From IMG/VR virus record IMGVR_UViG_3300042987_001724: 51,069 nt of DNA. One strand, written 5' to 3'. This document shows, piece after piece, positions 16,093 to 25,608 of this stretch (its first letter is position 1; each line of letters opens with the position of its first letter). Source of the DNA: a virus. Its lineage: Duplodnaviria > Heunggongvirae > Uroviricota > Caudoviricetes. A program made the position numbers and the translations under genes. The notes under the pieces were generated by a model. That model was given only the letters and a program-made list of their open reading frames with translations. It was not told the origin of the DNA and made no database searches.

Positions 16093-17365
16093 GTTGGGCC
16101 AGTTCCGATCTGTCTGGACACATGGAGCATGCCTGCGTCTTTCGCTGGACGCAGTACCGACTGATTGAGCATTCACCGTGAATCTCGCAGCCGTAGATCG
16201 GTTGCGGACCGCCTTGGCATGGTGGACGCTCGTCGGTCCGGGTTTGCGGTTGACGGTGCGCACATGGGAACTGGTCTGCCCTCGCAAGGTTCTTGCTTAG
16301 TGCTGTTGCGGCCTCAAATTCGCTTCTTGTCTTGATGAAAGTCTCGGCGAACTTCCGTTCTGTCATGCCGCTTTCAAGGAAGTGCCGTTTACATTCGCTG
16401 AACCACTCCGAATCGTTACCGCCAGTGTCCAGCCACGTTATCAAATGCCCTCGCAATCGATCTTCTGGTGCCAATCCCGGTGGCTTCGTTCCGTCTGGGT
16501 TGCCGAACCGATGACACCATTTCAAAAACGGCAGGCAATAAACCTTTCCGCCGTTACGCCTGATTCGCTGGTGTAGATGCCATTCCTCTGGCCCGAACCC
16601 TCTGAGCAGTGGATGGAATCCCGGACATTGGTCGCGACGACACGCAAACAGCCCGCAGCCGTGCATCTGGATCTCAAATGGTTCGAGCGACGTATGAACC
16701 AGTGGATTTACGCCCCATTGCCCGTGCATCAGCGAACCCCACCCCGGATTCATCTGCGTTCCAATAATGTCATCCAAACCGCCGTCACCGATCAATGGTC
16801 CGTGAATCAAATCCTTGCAGTCGGATGGTTGCTGACGAATCCACCCCAAGAACAGATCGAGCGTGAGCGTCGGCAGCAAAACATGGCAATCGAGCACTAG
16901 CACCCAATCACCGCTAGCCAGATCGAATATCCGCCCTTTCGCCGCTGCCGTTCCAGCGACCTTAATGAAATGCTCGTACCGTGCGCCGATACGATTGCAA
17001 AGTCGTTTTGCCTTACCTGAATGGCTGTCCTCACTTGGGTCGTCTGGATTGCCAGCAGGATCGTTATCAACCACGACTATTTCGACGTGTTCCATTGCCG
17101 CCTGATGATGCAGAAACAGACTCTGGATCGTCGCCCAGAGTCCCGGCCAATCGCGGTAGTACGCCATGCCGATCGTCAGAAGCGGATGTTTGTCGCTGAA
17201 GAATTCGCACGACTCACAGGAATGATGTGTCGCGATAAGACCGGGCTTGATCGCCTCGTACTGCGTGTCAAGTTGAACGCAGTTTTCATTGAACTTTGCG
17301 CATTGGTGAACTTCACCTGCAACCGGAGACTCGTATAACTTCCTGCCACGATGAACGCACGCCAT
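16067..17365 (-). CDS. GT-A fold (GT2-like) glycosyltransferase with Cys-rich N- and C-terminal modules
   Basis: LTIGMAYY, IVVVDND, VLVLDCH (DxH), GLFACRR, GFGPEE motifs; start MACVHRG. Confidence 0.8.
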   Translation of the reverse strand: MACVHRGRKLYESPVAGEVHQCAKFNENCVQLDTQYEAIKPGLIATHHSCESCEFFSDKHPLLTIGMAYYRDWPGLWATIQSLFLHHQAAMEHVEIVVVDNDPAGNPDDPSEDSHSGKAKRLCNRIGARYEHFIKVAGTAAAKGRIFDLASGDWVLVLDCHVLLPTLTLDLFLGWIRQQPSDCKDLIHGPLIGDGGLDDIIGTQMNPGWGSLMHGQWGVNPLVHTSLEPFEIQMHGCGLFACRRDQCPGFHPLLRGFGPEEWHLHQRIRRNGGKVYCLPFLKWCHRFGNPDGTKPPGLAPEDRLRGHLITWLDTGGNDSEWFSECKRHFLESGMTERKFAETFIKTRSEFEAATALSKNLARADQFPCAHRQPQTRTDERPPCQGGPQPIYGCEIHGECSISRYCVQRKTQACSMCPDRSELAQLSQPSAQS

Positions 17366-17373
17366 TTGTTGCC

Positions 17374-20370
17374 CTATGTACACGCCACAGAGACGAAATC
17401 ATCGTATGTGGCGGGCCATCGACCGATGAACTCTGCGAGCGCCGCCACATCGCCGCTAAAACATGGTCCGCAACTTTCAGAACAACCGCTTCCACTGAAC
17501 GACCAGTAAAAACCTGTCGGAGATCCAGCACCAGTTCCATGCCCAATGTAATTGCAGTTTCCAGTGCATGCCGCCGTCGTGCTGCTTGTCGAGCTTCCTG
17601 TTGTGGATGAACCCGTCGTCGAGTTAGTCGTCGAACCAGTCGAGCCTGTAGTCGAACTCGATGTGGTCGAGTTTGTAGTGCTGGATGTGCTAGAAAGCGT
17701 GGTGGTCGACGATGTGCTGGTGGTGGACGGGGTTGTGCTTGACGATGTGCTGCTACTACTAGTTGACGTCGTTGAGCAACTCGTCGTAGTGACCGACAGC
17801 GTTGATGGAATCAGTCCCTCGAAGTAACCGTCCGTCAGGTCGCATGTCTTGCAGTCGCCCGGCAACGAATCGCCCGACGTGAAAACATTCGTCAGACTCG
17901 CTGTGAGTGACGACACACAATCAGGCATTGCCGACAGCGAATAAACTGCTGTGATGACCCTGCCGTAAGACTCCACCGTGTCGTGTAACGGGCCTCCAAC
18001 CGATGTTCTCCACCCAATGGACCACTTCACGACAACCGTGCCTGTGGACATTTCTACGCTTTCACCGGCGGTGAACGTCCACGTATTGTCGCAGTTCCCA
18101 TTGCCCTCTGTGACATCATTGAATATCTGGTTTCCGGGGTCATCGCTCGACCATGCACATGGGGCGGTATGTCCCATGTGCCTTGATCGCGTTGCGCTGC
18201 TGGTCCCGTCGCATCTAAGCGTCGGCAATCCACTGACCGTGTAGCAGCATGTTAGGTCGCACGGTGGATCGTAAACATCAGGAACATTGCAGCAGGTGAC
18301 ATACCGAAAGTCAGATGAGTAGTCTGACGTCAACGGATCAAAGTCCGCAGGGTCAGCGTCTGGCTCACTCAACCAGTCGGAGTTGAGTTCTGTCGGCGAG
18401 AACTTGTAATCGGTCGGGATTGTCGGCCTACCCTCGGTCGCTGTGTAGCAGCCTGAACACCGATTTTCGTCCAACTCCCAAATCGGCGTCCCGCTGGAAT
18501 AGCCGATCTTCCAAATTGCAAATCCGAATCGGGTGCATTCGCATGTTTCAAGACTTCCGTCCTCAAGCCGTCGTCCCGATGAAATAGCCTCCCATCGCCC
18601 ATTGTTCCATTTGGCCCAGAATGTTTGGCCGCACTTGATCCTGAATAGATTCCCGACGCACGCGGTTTCCGCAGGCGACCAAACACAAAACGCCTCGCCG
18701 TCGATTCGCTTGTAGTTTTTCGTGTTAAAGAAATTATTCTCTCGCCAGTCCGCTTGAAGCTCCAGCCGAGCGGCGCGACCAACGTATCCGTCGCGACTTC
18801 CCGTGCAATACTCACTGCCATCAGATGAGACCCTATCCCAGTCAGACAGCGCGACAAATAGACACGGCTCACCCGCTCCCGGCTGCTGGATAATGGGGAC
18901 AGATTCCGGCATCAATCGCGGAAGCCTGCGATAAATGTCCGTGCGGATTCCACCGCCAAGATCAGACCAAACAACCTCAGAAATCGACTTTCCGGGAATA
19001 TACTGATTGCCGTCGCCCGCCCAAAACTTAACTCCCGCATAGGTGACGTGCATCGGTGCAAAGTCAAACAGACACCGATAAAGATCCCTTGCTATTTCTT
19101 TGGCGCGAACCAAGCAGTCGGAGTTGTTCGCTGGCTCCGTTTCCGCCACCGACAAGAATCTCGCCGTCATCGTCTCGTAGCGAAAGATTTCGGAGTTTGG
19201 ATTGAAATCGGGGCGAATCATTCGCCCGTCGTCTCGACCAGCAGTTCCGCTTGGGTTTTCGTACCAGTCCGCTGCAATCGAGTTGTTCGGAAGTATGGTC
19301 CCGTCTGAAACCTTGACGGCAACGGGATACCATTTACCAAGTCCCCGTAATTCATCGGTGATCTGCGACGCGCCGTATTCAGTTGGGAACCAGACGACGA
19401 CGTATTCCGGCAGAGTGATGTTGCCCCACAGAATCTCATCGTCGGCAACCAGAGAGTCGCCGCCTGTTATTGGATCGCCGCCCCCATCAAGATCTGGCGT
19501 AAAAACCGGACAGTCGCCGGATGTGTCGACCGTGTACTGGCCGCGATCCGTAGGCCCAGCAGAATATGACGCCCCGCAAAGTGAGTCGGAACCGCCCTGA
19601 TTCCACATCGGCGGATCGCACTCGACTCCACCCACACCTGAGTTGCCAAGTTTACCGAGCCGAATCAGGTAGAAATTGACGACACTGATGTTGTCGTGTA
19701 CCACTGCGCAGCCGACACGAGCGACAACATCATTCAAGGCCGACCACGCAGAGACACCCTCGTACCGCAGATTTTCCGGAGTGCTGGCCAAGTCGCTGAG
19801 ATCGAAGTCGGCTGGTCGCTTTTCGTAAGCCCCGATGATCGATGCGTCGCACGACCCCCAAAGATCCCGAATAATCTCTTCCCACGTCCACGGGACACCA
19901 CTGTTCAGCGTTTCCGTGATGTATCCGTCAGCCGTGCTGCGAGGGACACGACAGTTGTATCGCTTATTGACTCGTTTCCGATTCAGTGCGTACCGGGAGT
20001 CAACCAACTCGACCAAATACAGGGCATCATCGGACTGCGAGGCGCCGGGAGCAATTCGCTCCGCCCGACGGATGTAGATCCCCTCCAGATCGACTGATTC
20101 TCCGGAGCTTCCGGAGCCAAGAACGAGCGTCAACGGTTCCGATGTCGAAAGTAGATTCAGCCGATTGCGAGCCATCAGCACGCATCCGGAACCGTAATCA
20201 AACCCAAGGGAGGTCCGGAACAGATTCGCCTTCCCGGCAAACCGAGACATCGACCAGCCCTGACCAGCCTTTTCAGCGAACGCCTTGATGGCAGATTGCG
20301 CCGAAATAATCGGCTCGCCACCAAGACTGCCAAATGTATATTCTGCCGCACTGACGGAAGGAACGGTCAT
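17374..20370 (-). CDS. Large tail/virion protein with Cys-rich and Ser/Thr-rich (mucin-like) C-terminus
   Basis: N-terminal tail-protein-like region; ~70-aa S/T tract (about 17575-17800); Cys-rich end; ATGA overlap start. Confidence 0.7.
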   Translation of the reverse strand: MTVPSVSAAEYTFGSLGGEPIISAQSAIKAFAEKAGQGWSMSRFAGKANLFRTSLGFDYGSGCVLMARNRLNLLSTSEPLTLVLGSGSSGESVDLEGIYIRRAERIAPGASQSDDALYLVELVDSRYALNRKRVNKRYNCRVPRSTADGYITETLNSGVPWTWEEIIRDLWGSCDASIIGAYEKRPADFDLSDLASTPENLRYEGVSAWSALNDVVARVGCAVVHDNISVVNFYLIRLGKLGNSGVGGVECDPPMWNQGGSDSLCGASYSAGPTDRGQYTVDTSGDCPVFTPDLDGGGDPITGGDSLVADDEILWGNITLPEYVVVWFPTEYGASQITDELRGLGKWYPVAVKVSDGTILPNNSIAADWYENPSGTAGRDDGRMIRPDFNPNSEIFRYETMTARFLSVAETEPANNSDCLVRAKEIARDLYRCLFDFAPMHVTYAGVKFWAGDGNQYIPGKSISEVVWSDLGGGIRTDIYRRLPRLMPESVPIIQQPGAGEPCLFVALSDWDRVSSDGSEYCTGSRDGYVGRAARLELQADWRENNFFNTKNYKRIDGEAFCVWSPAETACVGNLFRIKCGQTFWAKWNNGRWEAISSGRRLEDGSLETCECTRFGFAIWKIGYSSGTPIWELDENRCSGCYTATEGRPTIPTDYKFSPTELNSDWLSEPDADPADFDPLTSDYSSDFRYVTCCNVPDVYDPPCDLTCCYTVSGLPTLRCDGTSSATRSRHMGHTAPCAWSSDDPGNQIFNDVTEGNGNCDNTWTFTAGESVEMSTGTVVVKWSIGWRTSVGGPLHDTVESYGRVITAVYSLSAMPDCVSSLTASLTNVFTSGDSLPGDCKTCDLTDGYFEGLIPSTLSVTTTSCSTTSTSSSSTSSSTTPSTTSTSSTTTLSSTSSTTNSTTSSSTTGSTGSTTNSTTGSSTTGSSTSSTTAACTGNCNYIGHGTGAGSPTGFYWSFSGSGCSESCGPCFSGDVAALAEFIGRWPATYDDFVSVACT

Positions 20371-20996
20371 CTGGACTCCCAAGGAAACTTGCGGATCGGG
20401 GATTCCGGGGGAGGCGGCGGAACGAACCGTGGATAGTCGGGATAATCCCCAAACTTCTTTTCCAGCTTCTCAACCGTCAAATGGTTTTCGTAGGGGCACC
20501 ACGGATAACTCGACCAATCATCCGGATGGTCTTTTGCCAGCCAGTTCGCCACTTTCTGGACGTGCGACCATCGAGCAATCTCTAGTTCCGTGTCCTTTGC
20601 TATAACCCATGAAGTGAGATCAAGGTCGAAATTGAAGATATGGGTTTCCACGCATGTCAGCGCACAGCCGGAACCGTTGAACGACCGAGAATCCAGCGGT
20701 GTTGGCTTTTCGAATTCTCCCCAAGCATACGCCGGAAGACCGACATCGGGCCGCTTGTATCTTGGTATGCTCGATAGATCGATGATGCGAATCCGGCTGG
20801 CGACCCGCTGGCGTCGGGCCTCCCAGATCGCAAGTTCCGCTGACGGTCTCGACGCCCAGTCCCGAGTCAGTTCAGACTTCAGGATCTGCGATTCCCGGCT
20901 GCCGTCAATGAATACGAGCAACGGTCGTTTCGCGGCGACTTCGTCCACTTGGACGATCGGGGCGAGAAGCAGCAATAGCAGTGCCGCAGAATTCAT
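20367..20996 (-). CDS. Hypothetical exported/membrane-anchored protein
   Basis: MNSAALLLLLLAPIVQ signal-like N-terminus; translationally coupled to the tail gene. Confidence 0.65.
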   Translation of the reverse strand: MNSAALLLLLLAPIVQVDEVAAKRPLLVFIDGSRESQILKSELTRDWASRPSAELAIWEARRQRVASRIRIIDLSSIPRYKRPDVGLPAYAWGEFEKPTPLDSRSFNGSGCALTCVETHIFNFDLDLTSWVIAKDTELEIARWSHVQKVANWLAKDHPDDWSSYPWCPYENHLTVEKLEKKFGDYPDYPRFVPPPPPESPIRKFPWESR

Positions 20997-21000
20997 GCAG

Positions 21001-21019
21001 GAAGTTTCGCAACAACTTC
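21001..21019. promoter_or_regulatory. 19-bp operator GAAGTTTCGCAACAACTTC
   Basis: 8-3-8 motif 5 nt upstream of the ATG at 20996. Confidence 0.7.
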
Positions 21020-21041
21020 CACAAAAGTCAAGGGGCGGGAA

Positions 21042-21284
21042 TCAGAGCGGAGGCGGCGTGTTTTCCCGGACCGCCATCCGCTCTGTGTGAAGCTGCCACT
21101 CCAGCCATTCAATCCGCTCGTTTTTCTGGATCAGGAGATCGACCAATCCGTCGATCCGCTCCTTTTGCGAGCGGATAATGGCTTCCTGTTCGGCGTGAAG
21201 CCGGTTCATGCGGGAGACGTCGGAACGAGTGGAGGGCAGGATTCGCATATGAATGATTACGTGAAATCGGAGACTGAGGATCAC
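21042..21284 (-). CDS. Small coiled-coil hypothetical protein
   Basis: 80-aa ORF co-oriented with its neighbours. Confidence 0.5.
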   Translation of the reverse strand: MILSLRFHVIIHMRILPSTRSDVSRMNRLHAEQEAIIRSQKERIDGLVDLLIQKNERIEWLEWQLHTERMAVRENTPPPL

Positions 21285-21325
21285 AGTTGCTGTTGAAGTT
21301 TGCGCACTTTAGACGTTACGATGTG

Positions 21326-21344
21326 GAAGTTACCAAGAAACTTC
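21326..21344. promoter_or_regulatory. 19-bp operator GAAGTTACCAAGAAACTTC
   Basis: 8-3-8 motif upstream of the HNH gene. Confidence 0.7.
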
Positions 21345-21398
21345 CGCCAGAAACAGGGAACGATCGTGACTAAAAATGGTTTGTCGAAAACAGCGCAA

Positions 21399-22442
21399 AT
21401 GGTCGTCCCGTCAGCTAGATTCGGAAAATTGACGGTAATTGGATATGGCCCAAACCGCAGCGACGTAGCAGTAACTTGCGACTGTGGAACAGAGAAGACC
21501 GTGAAAACCAGCAATCTCATGAACGGATCAGCCAGATCGTGTGGATGCGTGAAAAAGCTGCAAACAAAGAAGTCGAGAGATAGATTCATGGCGATGCTCG
21601 GCGAGCGATTTGGCCGATGGGTTGTCACTGAGGTCTTCAAGGATGGATACAACTTCAAGTGTCGAGTAACGTGCGACTGCGGAAAACAGAGAGTGAGACA
21701 CGCACGATCACTGCTTAATGGCGACTCAACATCTTGCCGCTGTGCAAGAATCCAAAAAGACAAGGAGGCCGCGATTGCCAGATGGAGCCATCTCATTGGG
21801 CAGAGATTCGGAAGGCTTGTTGTGGAGGCAATCGAGGCGAATGGAAGTAATTCAGACGCTGTTGTTCTGTGTGACTGCGGGCAACGGAAACTCCGTCAAG
21901 TCCACGCCATGCTACATGGCCCCGCAAGCCAGTCGTGCGGATGTTGGGTCGCAGAATTGACATCAGCCAGAGAAGGAACCCACAGGCTGTCTGGAACTCC
22001 GGAATTTGCGAGTTATATCGCAATGAAGCACAGGTGTCTGAACGAGAGCAGAGAAAACTACAGCAGATACGGAGGAGCGGGGGTCACGATCTGTGAAAGA
22101 CTCATGGACCCGCTGCTATTCGTGGAGACACTTGGAAACAGACCTCCGGGAACGTCAATCGATCGAATCGACTCAACGAAAGGGTACTGGTGCGGAGAAT
22201 GCGAGGAATGCCAAAGTAAAGGCAGGGTCAACAATGTGCGATGGGCGACCGCTATCACGCAGGCCAACAATAACAGCAGGAATGTTAGAATTGAGGCGAG
22301 AGGCGAGTCGCACACAACAGCCGAGTGGTCAAGGATATCCGGGGTGAAGAGAGAAACGATCGCAAATCGAGTCAAGCGAGGATGGCCCCCAGAAGAAGCC
22401 ATTTTCAAGACGCCACTGAAGCCGGGCCAGTACCGCACGTAA
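21399..22442 (+). CDS. HNH-type homing-endonuclease-like protein with three RFG..CDCG..SCxC zinc-ribbon repeats
   Basis: Three tandem repeats then YGGAGVTIC..SIDRID..NNVRWAT..QANN; start uncertain (21366 GTG or 21399 ATG). Confidence 0.8.
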   Translation: MVVPSARFGKLTVIGYGPNRSDVAVTCDCGTEKTVKTSNLMNGSARSCGCVKKLQTKKSRDRFMAMLGERFGRWVVTEVFKDGYNFKCRVTCDCGKQRVRHARSLLNGDSTSCRCARIQKDKEAAIARWSHLIGQRFGRLVVEAIEANGSNSDAVVLCDCGQRKLRQVHAMLHGPASQSCGCWVAELTSAREGTHRLSGTPEFASYIAMKHRCLNESRENYSRYGGAGVTICERLMDPLLFVETLGNRPPGTSIDRIDSTKGYWCGECEECQSKGRVNNVRWATAITQANNNSRNVRIEARGESHTTAEWSRISGVKRETIANRVKRGWPPEEAIFKTPLKPGQYRT

Positions 22443-22443
22443 G

Positions 22444-22869
22444 TCACCACTTCTTTAGCGGACATTCCGCATTTTCGTGGGCAACGCGAAGCATCCACTT
22501 CATGCGACCTTCCTTGTTGCAACTGCAACCGCAAATCCGACACGACAGATCGGCATACTGGTCGCAATCCCTGCACACAGCTAACCTCTCCTCGATAGAT
22601 GCGTCATCGAGAAGCCCCGGCTGAAGCGTGACATACCTCCAGATTGTCTTGGCGGAAACGGCAACAAAACTCGCGATCTTCTCCGTTGTCGTGTATGGAG
22701 CGGGGACTTCCGGAGGGGCAAGTTCATGCGGACCATCCCCCGGCAACTGAGTCAGTGCAGGCTTGCCCCATAACGCCCGACGGTGATTGCATTGCGTGAG
22801 AGTCATCCCCGCCCGCGTGCATTCGCAGATGTCTCTCACATTTGGGTTTACGTCGTCGCATTCGCTCAT
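22444..22869 (-). CDS. Cys-rich small protein (DUF6171-like)
   Basis: RLAVCRDC..CRICGC..CPLKKW pattern. Confidence 0.65.
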   Translation of the reverse strand: MSECDDVNPNVRDICECTRAGMTLTQCNHRRALWGKPALTQLPGDGPHELAPPEVPAPYTTTEKIASFVAVSAKTIWRYVTLQPGLLDDASIEERLAVCRDCDQYADLSCRICGCSCNKEGRMKWMLRVAHENAECPLKKW

Positions 22870-22895
22870 GATTCCAGAATTATCAACATTTTGCG

Positions 22896-22914
22896 GAATT
22901 TTCGCAATAACTTC
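22896..22914. promoter_or_regulatory. 19-bp operator GAATTTTCGCAATAACTTC
   Basis: 8-3-8 motif in a divergent intergenic region. Confidence 0.65.
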
Positions 22915-22984
22915 TGATCTGATTGGCTTGGGATGCGTAACATTGGTGGCGGAGTTTTGTTTTCAGCACTTTCGGAGGTGAATC

Positions 22985-23344
22985 ATGGCTTCATGGGATT
23001 TTCACGACGGCGTCACGATCGAAGAACTGGACGACAGCAAGTTGCCTGAGTCCATTCGTGGCCTTGGCATCGACAACATTGATTTCGTAATACACTGCAC
23101 CGGCTACTACCAGCCCGCCAGCATGTACGGCGGTCCTGACCATCTTGGCTGGCCCGCAGAAGGCGATGATGAGCGAGAGATCGTCTCAATGAGGGTGTTC
23201 AACGCTGATGGCGTCCTGATTTTACTGTCGCCGCAGCAGATGGCCGATATCAGGGCATTTCCGGATTTCCTCAAGGCCATCGAATCCGCCGACCTCGACT
23301 GGCCAGACCACGACGCTGACCGCGAATACGCACAAGGGGACTGA
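22985..23344 (+). CDS. Acidic hypothetical protein
   Basis: GGAGG RBS; first gene of the rightward early operon. Confidence 0.75.
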   Translation: MASWDFHDGVTIEELDDSKLPESIRGLGIDNIDFVIHCTGYYQPASMYGGPDHLGWPAEGDDEREIVSMRVFNADGVLILLSPQQMADIRAFPDFLKAIESADLDWPDHDADREYAQGD

Positions 23345-23345
23345 C

Positions 23346-23564
23346 ATGATCACGATTCAGTGCATTTGTCAGTGGCTCGTCGTTGGATTGTTGCTTCTGG
23401 ATTTCTCCAAAAACACCACAACCGACTTCAAAACGGCAGAACAAAAGGGCAGCGAGGCTGGTATGTCCGAGTTCTGCCTGACTGTGCTGGCTGCGATTGC
23501 CGTAGCTATTGTTTTCTATGGCGCCGGGGCGTTTACCGTCCTGTTTGGCGACCGTTCATTTTGA
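23346..23564 (+). CDS. Small two-TM protein
   Basis: Hydrophobic termini; tight operon spacing. Confidence 0.6.
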   Translation: MITIQCICQWLVVGLLLLDFSKNTTTDFKTAEQKGSEAGMSEFCLTVLAAIAVAIVFYGAGAFTVLFGDRSF

Positions 23565-23577
23565 AAGGAATTTATTG

Positions 23578-24102
23578 ATGCTGAATTGGATCATGCACGA
23601 GCTTGGTTATGCCCCGATCGTCCTTTTGGAGTCGGAGCGAACCTATGCCGCAAATCGCGACAAGGAAGTTGCCCGTCTCTCCGGGACAATCGAGGATCTG
23701 GAGGACAAGATTTCATCCTATGTGGCAGAGGTTACTCGGTTGAAGCGAGAAACGGTCGTTGCCCGATCAGAGGCCGATGGAGACGACTACGCCCGCAATC
23801 TGTTCGAGGATTGCTTCCCCGGAATCCCGGTCCCCGACAAACTCGACGAAGTCATGGCGAAACTCCACAACTTCATGACGGCGCAGGCCACGGAAATTCG
23901 CGACGTGCAGCAGAAATGCCTGTCGTTCATCGAATTCGCTGGCGACATCAAGGAGATCCTGAACCATCTCCGCCGATTGTCTGGTATGCCGAGTCCACCG
24001 CTCTGCTACCCGCTGCCGCCGAACCCGAATTGGATGCAAAATCGAGTTCCGTCCCTTCCAATTTCCGATTGTGCTGCTACTATTCCGACTCAAACGGAAT
24101 AA
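23578..24102 (+). CDS. Coiled-coil hypothetical protein
   Basis: AAAGGA RBS before the ATG at 23578. Confidence 0.7.
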   Translation: MLNWIMHELGYAPIVLLESERTYAANRDKEVARLSGTIEDLEDKISSYVAEVTRLKRETVVARSEADGDDYARNLFEDCFPGIPVPDKLDEVMAKLHNFMTAQATEIRDVQQKCLSFIEFAGDIKEILNHLRRLSGMPSPPLCYPLPPNPNWMQNRVPSLPISDCAATIPTQTE

Positions 24103-24107
24103 CAATA

Positions 24108-24126
24108 GAAGTTTCTTACAAACTCC
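24108..24126. promoter_or_regulatory. 19-bp operator GAAGTTTCTTACAAACTCC
   Basis: 8-3-8 motif in the 40-nt gap before dnaN. Confidence 0.65.
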
Positions 24127-24142
24127 CTGAAAGGATTGCAGA

Positions 24143-25273
24143 ATGCGAGCAGTGTTCCCAACGGACAAGCTGAAGGCTGCTGTATCAGCCATTTCCCCGG
24201 TCGTTCCAAGCAGGACACCGATGGACGTTCTCAAAAACATCAAGATCGTAGTCGGTCATGATTCTTGCGAGATCTCAGCCAGAGACGCCGAAATGTCAGC
24301 CGTGATTTTCGTTCGCGGCGTCGAATGCGGATTGCCGGGGGAGATCCTGTTGCCGTGCGATCGGTTCTCCCAGATTCTTCGCGAAGCATCAGGCGATGTT
24401 GTGAAAATCGACTGCGATGACGGAATCGCCAACGTGACGATTGGGCGGTCAAAGTTCAGGATTCCAACAGAAGATCCGACAACGCTGGAGGTTTTTTGCG
24501 ATTTTCCAGAAACGGGATATCGGACGGTTGCTGCAACAGACATGAAGCGGATCGCCGCAAGGTGCTGCATCGTATCCAACGAAGAAAAAAACTCAGCGTT
24601 CGGCGGTGTTCACTTCGAATTCATCGACGGACTCAACTGTATTTCTTCGGACGGTAAATGCCTGTCGATGGTGACGTGCGTGTGCGGATCGGAAGGGGAC
24701 GTTCCAGCGACTGAGATCGTAGTCGATAAGAGGGGGTTTCCTTCAGAAAAGAGCCAAAAGATCGTCTCAAAGCGAGCACTAAAGGTTCTCCAATCTTGCC
24801 TTGGATCTGAGGGGAATGTCGACATCGCCACCACAGCCGACACGATCACGTTGCGGCACGGAGACGTCACGATACGGTCCCAACTGATTCACGGGATTTA
24901 CCCGAACTGGCGACGAGTGTTCCCGTCCTCCTGTCAGCACAATATTGAGCTTTCGTCACCGCATCTCGCCAACGCAATCCGGCAGTCGATGATTACGACC
25001 GAGGCCGAATCCGCTTGCGTTGACTTCGTGTTCGCTGATGGCGTCCTGACTCTGAAGTCTCACGGCAAAGGTGATTCCACCGTCGAGTTGCCGATTTCAT
25101 TCGACGGAAAGTACCAGTTCCTGATGGACCCAAAATTCGTTCTGACCGCGATTTCACTGGCAGATCGCAATGGATCAATCACCATCGGGATCAACTCTCC
25201 AGAGAAGCCGATTCTGATTACCTCAAATGACGGTCTTCGGTTTATTGCCGCCACCACAACGCGGGGGGAATGA
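24143..25273 (+). CDS. dnaN: DNA polymerase III beta sliding clamp (phage-encoded)
   Basis: 376 aa; VVPSRTPMDVLKNI, SSDGKCL (ATDGxRL), GIYPNWRRVFP motifs. Confidence 0.9.
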   Translation: MRAVFPTDKLKAAVSAISPVVPSRTPMDVLKNIKIVVGHDSCEISARDAEMSAVIFVRGVECGLPGEILLPCDRFSQILREASGDVVKIDCDDGIANVTIGRSKFRIPTEDPTTLEVFCDFPETGYRTVAATDMKRIAARCCIVSNEEKNSAFGGVHFEFIDGLNCISSDGKCLSMVTCVCGSEGDVPATEIVVDKRGFPSEKSQKIVSKRALKVLQSCLGSEGNVDIATTADTITLRHGDVTIRSQLIHGIYPNWRRVFPSSCQHNIELSSPHLANAIRQSMITTEAESACVDFVFADGVLTLKSHGKGDSTVELPISFDGKYQFLMDPKFVLTAISLADRNGSITIGINSPEKPILITSNDGLRFIAATTTRGE

Positions 25274-25608
25274 TGGATAAGTTCCTACGGAAAAACATCA
25301 CAGACATCGTGAACTCACGACCAGATGGAGTCACCATTCGCGACATTGCATCAGAACTGAACATGCTCGACGACACCAGAACGCGAACGCCCGGACCATT
25401 CGATCGTGGCGACGAATTCGAGTATCCATTCGATGCGACGCCTGCGACAGTTGGCAGGATCGCAAGTCGCCTGTGCCGTGATGGCGACATTTCGTGCCTT
25501 GGGCCAATCGGCGACCATTTCGGCAACGTCGTGCTGTCATCAATCCTGATGCCGCGACTGACCGGACTTCCGCCAATCGACCGGACTGAACTGGAGGTGT
25601 TCGCGTGA
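25270..25608 (+). CDS. Hypothetical protein, possible winged-helix
   Basis: GVTIRDIASEL; ATGA coupling. Confidence 0.65.
   Translation: MMDKFLRKNITDIVNSRPDGVTIRDIASELNMLDDTRTRTPGPFDRGDEFEYPFDATPATVGRIASRLCRDGDISCLGPIGDHFGNVVLSSILMPRLTGLPPIDRTELEVFA

Noticed and set aside
17552-17827. Val/Leu-rich 91-aa ORF on the plus strand
   Set aside because: It is the antisense shadow of the Ser/Thr tract
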